From the NCBI GenBank assembly GCA_963514005.1, contig OY740782.1, forward strand, positions 65,782,001 to 65,846,000: a stretch of 64,000 nucleotides of DNA. Reading direction: 5' to 3'. Positions 47,780 to 58,515 of this stretch are shown here, piece by piece. Position 1 is the first letter of the stretch. Every line of letters starts with the position of its first letter. The notes beneath the pieces were generated by a model, which worked only from the letters and a program-made list of their open reading frames with translations, was not told where the DNA came from and made no database searches. A program made the translations under genes and the position numbers. The DNA comes from Raja brachyura (lineage: Eukaryota).

Positions 47780-49974
47780 ATGGATAGGAGGACGAAAAAG
47801 ATGGCTGTGTTGAAGCATGCCTCTCAGGACCGCGGGACTTAAGAACGAAGTCAACGGCCAACATCCCCGGAGCTGACCGCAGTACCAGCAGCACCCGTAA
47901 CACAGACCGGGAAAAAAGCGCGGAAGTCGGGGAGCCCCGCTCAGTCGGCAGGACCCGACTCTCCACCACAGCAGTCCAGGGAGCTGCACACTGGTATGAG
48001 GACCGCGCGGGAGCAGGGTAGACAAAACCCCGACTCCCTATCGCTTCAGTCCGAACATAAACGGACCAGCGGTAAAAAGGTGCGTAAGACAGGGCCTGCC
48101 TCAACAGCACACCCCAACTCTCCACCGTTACAGTTCGAAAGAGGGCAGACTGGTGGGAAAACCACACCAAAGTCACGTAGCCCCGCTGGAGCGGCTGGCA
48201 CCGACTTTGCGTCGCATCAGTCCCGAAGACCCGGGACTGGCGGCAAGCCCGCGCGGATGTCGTGTAGCCCCGCTGGAGCGGCTGGTACCTACTCCTCACC
48301 GCTGCAGTTGCAACAGACCGGCGGAAGATCCACCAGGAAGTTGTGTAGCCCCGCAAGAGCGGTTGGCACCAACTCTCCACCGCTTCAGTCCGGAAGACCG
48401 CAGACAAGTGGCAAATCCACGCGGGAGTCGTGTAGCCCCGCAGGAGCAGGTGACACCGACTACCTACCTCAGTCCCCTAGACATCACCTCGACGAGGTGC
48501 GGACTGTCGGTAGAGGCCCCATACGTTCATCAGAATCTGGAGAAGACGACTTGCCGTTCGCAGATAGCGGCGGTGGTCGCATAGCTCGAATGGAGCTCAT
48601 AGTCGAGCAGCTGCTCGAAAGGGATCTCCTCCAACAGGAGCGTGCGTCTCTAGGATCACGGAGATCCACGGCAGGCCCCTTGATAGGGCTGCCCAACATC
48701 TCCCCCTCCTCAATAGGGAGTGCAAGAAGCCAGGGACTAGCTGACTTTGAAGAGGGGTTGGTGCAAGGTCTACTGTTGCATTAGATGCCAGAAGAGGAAC
48801 TTCTTGGGATCGTATCGAAGTTCGCCCAACCATCCCATTGGGAATTTAGAAGATTGAGGGGGGATCTTATAGAAACTTACAAAATTCTTAAGGGGTTGGA
48901 CAAGCTAGATGCTGGAAGATTGTTCCCGATGTTGGGGGAGTCCAGAACAAGGGGTCACAGTCTAAGGATAAGGGGGAATTCCTTTAGGACCGAAATGAGG
49001 AAAACATTCTTTACACAGAGAGTGGTGAGTCTCTGGAATTCTCTGCCACAGAAGGTAGTTGAGGCCAGTTCATTGGCTATATTTAAGAGGGCGTTAGATG
49101 TGGCACTTGTGGCTAAAGGGATCAGGGGGTATGGAGAGAAGGCAGGTACGGGATACTGAGTTGGATGATCAGCCATGATCACATTGAATGGCTGTGCAGG
49201 CTCGAAGGGCCGAATGGCCTACTCCTGCACCTATTTTTTTTTTTCTATCCCAGATGGTTGGGCGGACCTCTTCAGCCGAGGCTAGCAGCTAACGTAAATT
49301 ACCTGACGACTCACCAGCTACAAGAACAGGTAATTTCGGAGACAACCAATAAATACATGGCTCCGGAAAATTGCGTGTCGCTGAATGTCCCTACCGTAAA
49401 TACGCCCATATGGGGTAACATCAGCCCTGGAATTAGGGCTCAGGAATTAAAAACCCAAAGGATCCTGAAATTACTGACCTCGGACATCACGGCATTTGCC
49501 AGGTCAATAGACGGTACGGACATGACGGAAGAGCAGCAGGACGCAGTAGCTCTACTATGCAACACTCAGTACGAAATTAACTGTTTTCGGAAGAGCTCTA
49601 TCCGTCCTACATTAAACCCCAAGTTTGTGGGTTTGTGTAAGGCCAATGTTACGCTGCCACCAAGACAATTGTTTGGTAATGACCTGCCTAAACAGGTAAA
49701 AGATCTGGACAAGGAAGCTAAAGCGGTTGAGTTGATAAAACCACCTTCCTCCCACAAACCACTGGCGTACCAAAGGCAGCATCCATATGCAACAGGGAAC
49801 AGGCCTCGGGTTCAACCCGACAGAAGGACAGGAACTAATCCTAAGGTCACGCCTTATCAACAGAGGCCTTTTTTAGGCCAAGGCCCACAACGACCAGCCT
49901 GGAAGATGCGCCAACCCCACATCCCAGCAACACAGCAACCCAAGAAAGGCCAGAAGAACAAGCCCCACCGGTAA
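47780..49974 (+). pseudogene. DIRS copy 2 gag-like ORF1, with in-frame stops and a CR1 insertion
   Basis: ATG at 47780; ORF pieces 47996-48784, 48785-48837 and 49258-49974 align with copy 1 Gag (GRIARME/GRIDRME, NVPTVNTPIWGNIS). Confidence 0.85.
48838..49246 (+). mobile_element. Young CR1 3' fragment inserted in DIRS copy 2 gag
   Basis: Nearly identical to 60623-61020 (two substitutions seen); TSD atccca at 48832-48837 and 49247-49252. Confidence 0.92.
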
Positions 49975-51888
49975 CCATGGAGGTAAGGGGGTCTAGTTCC
50001 CTTGGGAGTGCTGCATGCAAAACCTCACTAGTAGGAGGGAGATTGCGTCTGTTTGGGGATGCATGGAGTTCTATAACTTCTGACACTTTCATATTACAAA
50101 GTATTCAAGTTTACGAAATTGAATTCATAAACGGACAACTTCCCCCAGCTCAGCATGTACCTAGCCCGAAATTTGTACTTTGGAAGGACATGCAGAGCTA
50201 TTAAGATTATATACCAAGGGGGTTATAGAAAAAATGATACATGAACCTCTTGAGTTTGTATCCAACATCTTTACTAAAACGAAAAAAGATGGTGGGTGAC
50301 GTATCATAATTGATTTAATCCAATTGAATACTTCTCTACAATATACCCATTTCAAGATGGAAACATTTGAAACGGCTAAACAACTGTTTTCCAGAGGGCA
50401 CTTCATGGCCTGCATTGATCTAAAAGATGCATACTATTCAGTACCTACATGTAAACATCACCGTAAATACTTAAAATTTGTCTGGGTGGGGCAGCTATGG
50501 CCGTATAAAGCATTACCTCATGGACTTACAACTGCCCCCAGGTTATTTACCAAAATACTAAAACCAGTATTGGCGAATCTACAAAGAAAAACCACATAGT
50601 CATGGCATATCTTGATGACATTCTGATTGTGGGAAAAACTATGGAATTATCTAAATCAACTGTGACAGCTACCAAGTCACTGTTCGAAAAACTGGGGTTC
50701 GTCATCCATCCAGACAAATCAAAGTTTAACCCTTCTGTGATTATGGACTACCTGGGATTCACGGTTAACACCAATCATATGATTATCACTTTCCCAGAGA
50801 ACAAAGTAACAGACATTATAGAGGCATGTAATAGCCTTGCTTGCGCCAGGAAACCGACTATTAGACATGCTGCCAAGGTGATTGGAAAACTTGTAGCTAC
50901 ATTTCCAGCTGCACTATTTGGACCATTACATTACCAAAATTTGCAAAGAGCAAAGATCTCAGCATTAAAAACAAATGCTGGACATTTTGACAGACCTATG
51001 CAGCTACCAAACAAAGCAAAAGATGAGCCACGATGGTGGATTAACAACATTCGTGATTGTTTCAATCCCATCAAAGTGTGAAACCCGTCAGTCGTGTTAC
51101 AAACCGGTAGCGCCCAGGGCTAGGGAGCTACCGACACCACTTCCAGTCATGGTGGCAGATGGGATTTGCACGAATCTACTATACTCCAATCACAAGGTAG
51201 AAACTATTTGGAAATGCTGGGAGCATTTCATGGACTGCGGGCTTACTGCACGAACATGCGTCATACGTATGTCCGTCTACAAATATATAATACCACAGTG
51301 GTGGCATATTTAAACTATATGGGTGGTATCAAGTCGATATCTTGCGATGAATTGGCAAACATAATTTGGCACTGGTGTATTGAAAGAAATATTTGGATAT
51401 CAGCTACATACCTTCCGGGTAAGCTCAATACAGTGGCGGATACCAGGTCACGAGTATTCAATGACAACACCAAGTGGATGTTGAACCCTCAAATATTTGC
51501 TAATATTATACCTAAGTATGGAACACCAGATATCAACCTCTTTGCGTCCAGGTTGAACCATCAGATACCAACATATGTGTCTTGGGAACCAGATCCTGGG
51601 GCAGTAGCGATGGACGCCTTCTCGCTACATTGGGGGAAATTGTTCTTCTATGCATTTCCCCCTTTCTGCCTCATCAGTCGGGTATTACAGAAAATCCAGC
51701 TAGACTCTGCATCTGGTATTCTGATAATGCCCGACTGGCCCGCTCAACCATGGTACTCGATGGCCCTCGATATGGTGAAGGAACCGTGGGTGCAGGTTCC
51801 TAAATGCCCGAATCTAGTGAACCATCCCATAACAGGGGAAAGTCATCCATGCCATGGTCATCTGAACCTGTTGGCTTGCAGGTTCTGA
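49869..51888 (+). pseudogene. DIRS copy 2 pol (RT, RNase H, MT-like), frameshifted
   Basis: Fragments 49977-50204, 50324-50599, 50602-51081 (YLDD) and 51166-51888 (NLFASR, AFPPF). Confidence 0.9.
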
Positions 51889-52824
51889 AGAGGCCATTAC
51901 TGGGATTCGGGCTGTCAACAAGGACCATGGATATCATCACGGCATCGTGCAGAGAGTCCACGAGGAAGAAGTACCTCACCCACATAAGGAAATGGGAGGC
52001 TTTCTGTTCACAGACCAATACCGCCTACAACTCTGCTACGATCACTGATGTGCTGGAATTCCTCGCGGGGCTTCACTATGATGAGGGCCTTAGCTACAGT
52101 GCCATCAACAGTGCCAGAAGCGCATTGCCATCCTACCTCAATATCGGACTAGGATCCCACCAGCTGGTATCGAATTATGAGGGGTATTTTTAATTCTAAC
52201 CCTCCCCGACCACGCTATAATATGACCTGGGACATTGAGGTTGTGTGGTCACCAGTTTCAGATCTACCTCTGGATAAACTCACCTTCAAAGTGGTGATGT
52301 TAATGGCATTGATTACAGCTCAACGGGTCCAGACCCTTCACAAACTAAAACTGGACAGGATGGTCTCGACCCCCACCAAAGTAACCTTCTTTATAGATGA
52401 GTTACTCAAACATCATAGACCTGGGACAACAGGTCTGAAATGGGAATTCCGAGCATACCCCATTGATGTACAACTCTGCATAACCACCGATCTCCGATAT
52501 TACATTAATGTCACCCAAAACATCCGGAGAATGGAAACAGGTCTGTTCATCAGTTTCAAAAACTCACATCACAGGGTGATTGTGCAGACTATTTCCAGGT
52601 GGCTCAGGGTGGTATTGGGTGCAGCAGGTGTAGACACTGACATTTTAAAATCTCACTTTACTAGGGCTGCATCCACATCAGCGGCGAGGACCATGGAGGT
52701 ACCCATGGATCATGTCCTCGCAACAGCGGGCTGGGCCAGTGAAGGAACATTCCAACGTTTCTATAATAAACCTGTGGCCGCTCCCGCAACGTTTGCGGAT
52801 TCAGTTTCAAGTACTGTTCCCTAA
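51882..52824 (+). pseudogene. DIRS copy 2 tyrosine recombinase, frameshift near 52177
   Basis: TAQRVQTL, HFTRAASTSAA, AGW and RFY; colinear with 3073-4053. Confidence 0.9.
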
Positions 52825-53219
52825 ACGTTTCCCCGAATTCAGGGTTTTTTTGTTTGTATTAATAAATACCTTATTATTTTTCAGCTTTGTTCAAGTCTGA
52901 AATATGTTAACATACTTCCTCCATCAGTGAATACGTCAGTGTGTGAGCATGGACGTGGACCAGGGCATGAAATCACAGAGCTTTGAAATCTTCACGAAGT
53001 CACTCACGTGACTCCGAAGTAAAATAGTAAAATTAAACAAGAACTTACCAGTTTGAGGTTTGATCCTTATTTTATGAGGAATTAAAATATACTGTGATTT
53101 GTTTTTGGGAATGTACAGTTAACGAATGCAATATTAGACGAATGCTTGTGATTTATATAGTATGGTTATGTATGATAGTAATAAATGGTATAATTTCTTG
53201 TTTACATACAATTTTGCTC

Positions 53220-53990
53220 GACAGGGAAAATCTTGGTCTTCCAGCCATTCTGGGAGCTTCAGTTGCCAGTTCAGAGTACTTGGTCTTTTTCATCTCATAA
53301 GCTTCTTCAACACCATCTTCCCATGGAACTGTCAATTCCACAACATACGCCAACTTGGCTGTTGTGGACCACAGGACCATGTCTGGCCGGATTGTTGTAA
53401 CCACAATGTTTGAGGGAAACACAAGCCTTTTTTCTAAGTCCACTTCCATTTTCCAATCCCGAGCAGGCTGCAGAATGCTTGCATCCATTGATGTTTTCTG
53501 GTGCTCTGGAGGTTGGCCTGCTGGTACAAATGTTGTGACATGGACATTTCCTGCTGATGTTGGTGGGGAAGCATTTGTGATCGTTTGCCTCTGTTCAAGG
53601 ATTGATGACAGCTGTCTGAGAACTTGGTTATGCCGCCAAGTGTAATGCCCTTGGCCGAGGTTCATAGTGCATCCTGTTAAAATGCGCCTTAGTGATCCAG
53701 GTACTTGGCAAAGGGAGCAAGCGGGGTCTTCTCCGAACCACTGCTTCAGGTTCAGCGGTGATGGTAGAACATCATAAGTGGCTCTGATGACAAAAGTTAG
53801 TTGAGATCCTTCCATTTGCCGGATTTCACGGCAGCTGAGTTTCCTCTTATCCAGGCTCTCCCAGTTAGTCCATTGGCCTTGCTTGGCCATTGAGACGGCC
53901 TTGGCGTGTCGCTCTGCCTCCTCCCCTCCTCCACCACGAGCCGTCTTTTCTGCACTGACGTTGCCTTGTGCCATTGAGGACCTTTTTGAG
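53220..53990 (-). mobile_element. R2-group (HERO-like) non-LTR retrotransposon fragment: zinc knuckle plus restriction-like endonuclease
   Basis: CSLC...ILTGC...YTWRHNQVL...RPDMVLWS...VELTVPWE...KKTKY. Confidence 0.8.
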
Positions 53991-56050
53991 GGAAATCAAG
54001 TGGAGCGAAATATGACAGAAGACTTTGAAAGTCCACTCCAATTAATATGCAGTGAATTTCCACAAACAACTGAGAGATTGAGAAACTTTTCGGGAGTATT
54101 AGGGATTAGGGATAAGAGATTAGGGATGAATTATGGTCTGAGGGGGGGCATTAGAACATTGGCAGGAATAAAGTATATTGAACGAATTATTTGGCAATAT
54201 AATTACAGTGAGGTAGCGAAGGAGTTAAAGGATTGTGGAGATTCTATGAGACGCGGAAGGCAAATAGAAAGGCTATAAGAATGGCGAGGTGGAAGAAAGC
54301 AATTTCTAAGCTTGGGATGGAACTGAATGACACTGAAGTATACAAACTTCTAAGCACCTTGAAAGAGGAGCAGGGATGTGCTGGAGCAGGAGCAGGGAAG
54401 AGGGCAATATTCCGAAGGGAAACTAGCACCAGTACATTTTGAATTTAAGGTCCCGGTGGTTAGCAGTGGCCTTAAGGGGGAAGAAGATGAATATTTGAAG
54501 AGGTGGGAAAGTATTTTAATTAGAACTTCACGGTCTCCATCTCATTCCTCTTACATTCCCAGTACTCCAGACATACATTGTTTGGCATGTGAACACAATA
54601 TACATTTAGATTCTGCAGCACCCTTGACCCTACCTACTGAATCTGCACCATAGTTTGCTTCACCAACTGTAGTGACACCCGCACAGGATTTCTTAACCCC
54701 AATTACTCCATTGATGACAGATAGTCAGGTAGCTCACAGAACCAGGAGTAAGGTAAAGATGGTTCCAGTATTCAAGGATAAAAGCTTTAGAGGAACAGTA
54801 CAACCCCTGAAGTGTCTTTGCGAGCCTGTGCCTAGATGAATTAGACGAGCAACGGGAGATCAGAAAGAGTCGTTTGGAAAGTACCGAGAGTCCCTTAGTG
54901 AGGAAGAGAATATCTCTGAGGGTGAGACAATAATTGAAAATACTGAGATAGATCACGAGAGGGCAAAAAGTGTAAAGGTTAAGCAAGTAACTCGTAGGCA
55001 GTTCCCCGTCAGGGAAATGTCTAATCCTTCATTTGATCTGGCCAGTGCAGTGGGTGCAAATAATCCCCATACAATAAAAGTCTATACCCCATGGAAACCC
55101 AATGAGATGATGGCAATTCTGAACCAGACACCCGATCGTAGAAAATCACCTGCGTCCTTTGTGGATTATTTAACAACCACAATGCGTGTGTGTCACGCAG
55201 ATTTATGGGCTGTGATCCAGCAGATAGTTACTCCGACTGAACATATTAGATTCCTAACAACCCTCGGACACCCGACATATGAAGCACTGCCAGACGTAGT
55301 AACAGACAATAGTTCAAGGGAAGACGCAGTTTGAACTGCCCTTGTGAATAATCTTCAGGAACCAATTGACCTAGCCAGAATTATAGAAATCAGACCGGAA
55401 AAGGGAGAGGGAGCGGATGAATTCCTAGAAAGATTTTCAGAACTGTACCTAGATCAATCAGGTGACCTAAATTATCGGAATGGAGCACATTCTCCTCAAT
55501 ACTGTACCATATTGCTGAACTGCCTTCCTACCAATGTGGCTGAATCAATTAGAACTAATAATATGGACTCGTCGGAAAACAATGCCAGTCAGATGGCTCA
55601 GGCAGTGAGATACTACTGGAAAGATATAAAGAAGCAGGAAAGCTTATTTATATCAAGAAAGTTTCAAGAAGACAACACCTTTTTCACAGACCAACCTAGT
55701 TTCACAGTCCTCATCTGCCAACTAGCCCAGAGTTTATGAACAAAACAACGTGACCCCTACCTAGACCTATTCAAATAATCTGTAAAGATAAAAGAGTTAA
55801 GGATACCATTATCATAAGCACTGAGAATGGTACGAGGTAGACAGTAGGGGAGAATAACCCAAAATCAAGAAGAAATTGCAAAGAGCTCCACATATACCCA
55901 GAAAGATATTTTAGAATAAAGAACATTGTAACCTCGGGAGCTTGATATATTTGTAACCAATTAGGTCTGGAGCAGAGAATGCCCAGCGAGAAAACAAAAT
56001 AGAGCAGAGTGTAGGAAGAACAAGCAAGAAATACCAAAGATTCTAGAGGA
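53991..56050 (+). mobile_element. Endogenous retrovirus gag remnant (class I, epsilon/gamma-like)
   Basis: VYTPWKPNEMMAI...P and an MHR-like IIEIRPEKGEGADEFLERFSE (55017-55739); multiple stops. Confidence 0.65.
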
Positions 56051-56053
56051 GAA

Positions 56054-56204
56054 AGATAGACCACTCCTACAAAATCCAATGGACTGACTGTACGCAATGG
56101 AACTTCCGCCATTTTGGGAATAAGACCCCGACCTCTGTTATGCCTCTCGCAGTTGAATCCACATCAGTCCATTGGATTTTGCAGGAGTTTATCTTGGTCT
56201 ATCT
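56054..56204. repeat. Small inverted-repeat element (MITE-like)
   Basis: actcctacaaaatccaatggactga (56063-56087) pairs with tcagtccattggattttgcaggagt (56164-56188); outer arms agatagacc / ggtctatct. Confidence 0.6.
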
Positions 56205-57019
56205 CAGCCTTCTATGATAGACCATTATGATCTTTGTTTATAATAAATAAGGTGCTTCTCTTTAAAAAAAAAATGTTAAAAGGGAAATTGTGTATAAAGT
56301 GAGCGACAATGCGCAATGCATATGGTCTCTGGACCATTTGCATTCAATGTCTTTGGTTTAATCAGTGTTGTGGGGGAACGGCATGTGTGCGTTTGTGTGT
56401 GTGTGAGGCAAGATAGAGATAATAGTTTTCAAAGTTTCCTCATGGATCAGAAGAAACATTGATTTAATGCAATTCATGATGTACATGAGCCATTCTCATG
56501 ATGTACTTAAGCCATAAAGAATAGAATTGTATGTGCTACAGTCATCATACATTGGGAAGGAAATTAAGGCTTAATTGTGTGCTTCTCGTGACATCTCATG
56601 ACATGTAACAACATTTATCATGTATTTTAAAATGTGCTTAAACACAAGCCGATTCGCGGCTTGGAGGTCCCCAATCGGCCGCTTCCTACCGGAGACCTCG
56701 GCTTCACGATGTTATAGGCCGCGGGCCGGTGGTTGGAGCTCTTCTCCGGCGAGGAATCCCAATCTCCGAGGGAAAGTCCACGCTGCGCCCATGGCTAGAA
56801 GATCCGCAGGCCAGCAATCGGAGCAATTCTTCTGGCGACCCCGGGCTCCGCGATCAGAGCTATAGGAAGAGATCGGGCAAGCTACACCACAGAAAGTAAT
56901 AACATTTTTCTTACCTTCCGTCTTTAGTGGGGAACCTGAAGAAAGACAGGTCAGGTCGCTTACATTAACGATTCGAGCACTTTATAGCAGAACAGCACGC
57001 TACACTTGCAGATGTGGAT

Positions 57020-58515
57020 GCCATGACAGCAGCCTATTTAAAAAAAAAACCTCATATATTTGATTCCCGAAATGGCACGAAAAAAATTACCCATGACCAA
57101 CTATGGCTTTTTCGCCTAGTGGTCTATCTTGCCCCTCTAGTATCATTGAGAAATACTAAAGAGACTAAGAGGGGAAGCAAAGTAACTGTCAGCGATGTGA
57201 AAGTACTCGATGGGAATAAGATTTGTCACTAGTTGAAGGAAAGGAGGGAGTGGCAGAATACACTGGGGTACGAGTGAGATTAAATAAAATTATCCAGCAA
57301 CAGCAAAAGACCTAGGAGCAATGGTAAAAAGGGCAATCATCATGGCAGGCCCGAACAATTATAAAAAGCAAAATGTGTCTAACCAATATGTTGTTGAATT
57401 CTATCAGGCCCCAAGGACAGTTGTTACCCACGTACGTCATCATCTGGGGAGTGACATATGCAAGTATGTGGACCCTCAAGTGTGGGCAGAAGACACGGCT
57501 CAGGTGGGATGTGTGAACATCAATCCCATCCAAGTAGCTTTCCAGAAAGAAGTAACACTCTCCCATAATATCCAAGGAAACCACAGGCGATCAACAGCAA
57601 TGGCAGATTGATTCGGGGAATGCCAGAAAGAAAAAAAAGTACTGCCAGTCAACCTATAAGAACTATAGAGGTTGTTTCTCACAGTAACATCCCTACTCTT
57701 GCAGTTCCGAAATGGGAAGAAGAAGGTTGATATAGAATGGTACAAATTCCAACAGCAATTAACTCAGTTGTAAAGCTGCTCCACACATGTACTAGTGCCA
57801 AACCCTGCTATGAGGGAAATTCAGGAATTAACACTTTATACCAGCGAAGAAGATGAATCGAGTCTCAGTAAATGAAGAAGGTACAGGAAGCCTCCAAAGA
57901 TTAAAAGAGATCACTGAGGCAAGCTCCAACTTTGGAAAGATCATTGTATAACAGTCCCTTCTGGTTCTGCTTTGTGGTTTTGTCTGAATAGACAACCTCA
58001 AGTCTGACACAAAAACATGAGAATAGACATTGCTCTGTAACCAGGGGACACCCACTCTAACTGTCTAACTGCCATGTATGACAGTTTACAACCGATTGCA
58101 AATTTGACCCTCTATCAGGAAATCGTAGAACATAGTTCCAAAACTTAGCACTTACAATTGCTCACCAGAATAGTATGGGATCTGTCTCAGAAATAATTGA
58201 AAACTGATTTAGACACTGTACATAAATTGACTTAGCATCTTTTCTGGTCTCACCCCAGAAAAACAGTCAGAAATGGGACAGGACTATTTAACAATCATCA
58301 AGGAAAGGACAGACCCTATCATCTGTTAGTGAAAGAATACCCTGGGAAAGTAAGATGCGGGTATAAAAATGAGGTAGACTAAAAGTTTAAATAATAAGTC
58401 CCCCTTGAAGAGGTCAATGCTAACCACCCAGGAAGTTATTCAATTGTAGGAGGAGGCTAATAGAGAGAGAGAACCACTATTGCCTATGGGTCGAATTATT
58501 ATAGAAGGATTACAT
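57020..58515 (+). mobile_element. ERV pro/pol remnants, highly decayed
   Basis: VDPQVWAEDTAQVGCVNINPIQV resembles the class I RT N-terminus; VPNP-like motif near 57795. Confidence 0.5.

Larger units (their letters stand above)
47575..53080 (+). mobile_element. Second DIRS1-like retrotransposon, diverged subfamily, decayed and 3'-truncated inside the ICR
   Basis: 5' end attttacttcggagtcacg...; gag, pol and YR homologous to copy 1; ICR 52989-53080 complementary to the 5' end; right ITR/rE not found in the window. Confidence 0.93.

Noticed and set aside
48177-48460. CRISPR-like array: weakly palindromic 26-nt repeats with about 60-nt spacers near an RT
   Set aside because: The spacers are homologous to each other, periods are multiples of 3 inside gag, there are no cas genes and the context is eukaryotic; it is a coding tandem repeat.
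48785-49159. Novel Gag-CR1 chimeric protein
   Set aside because: Accidental read-through into a CR1 insertion in an already disrupted gag.
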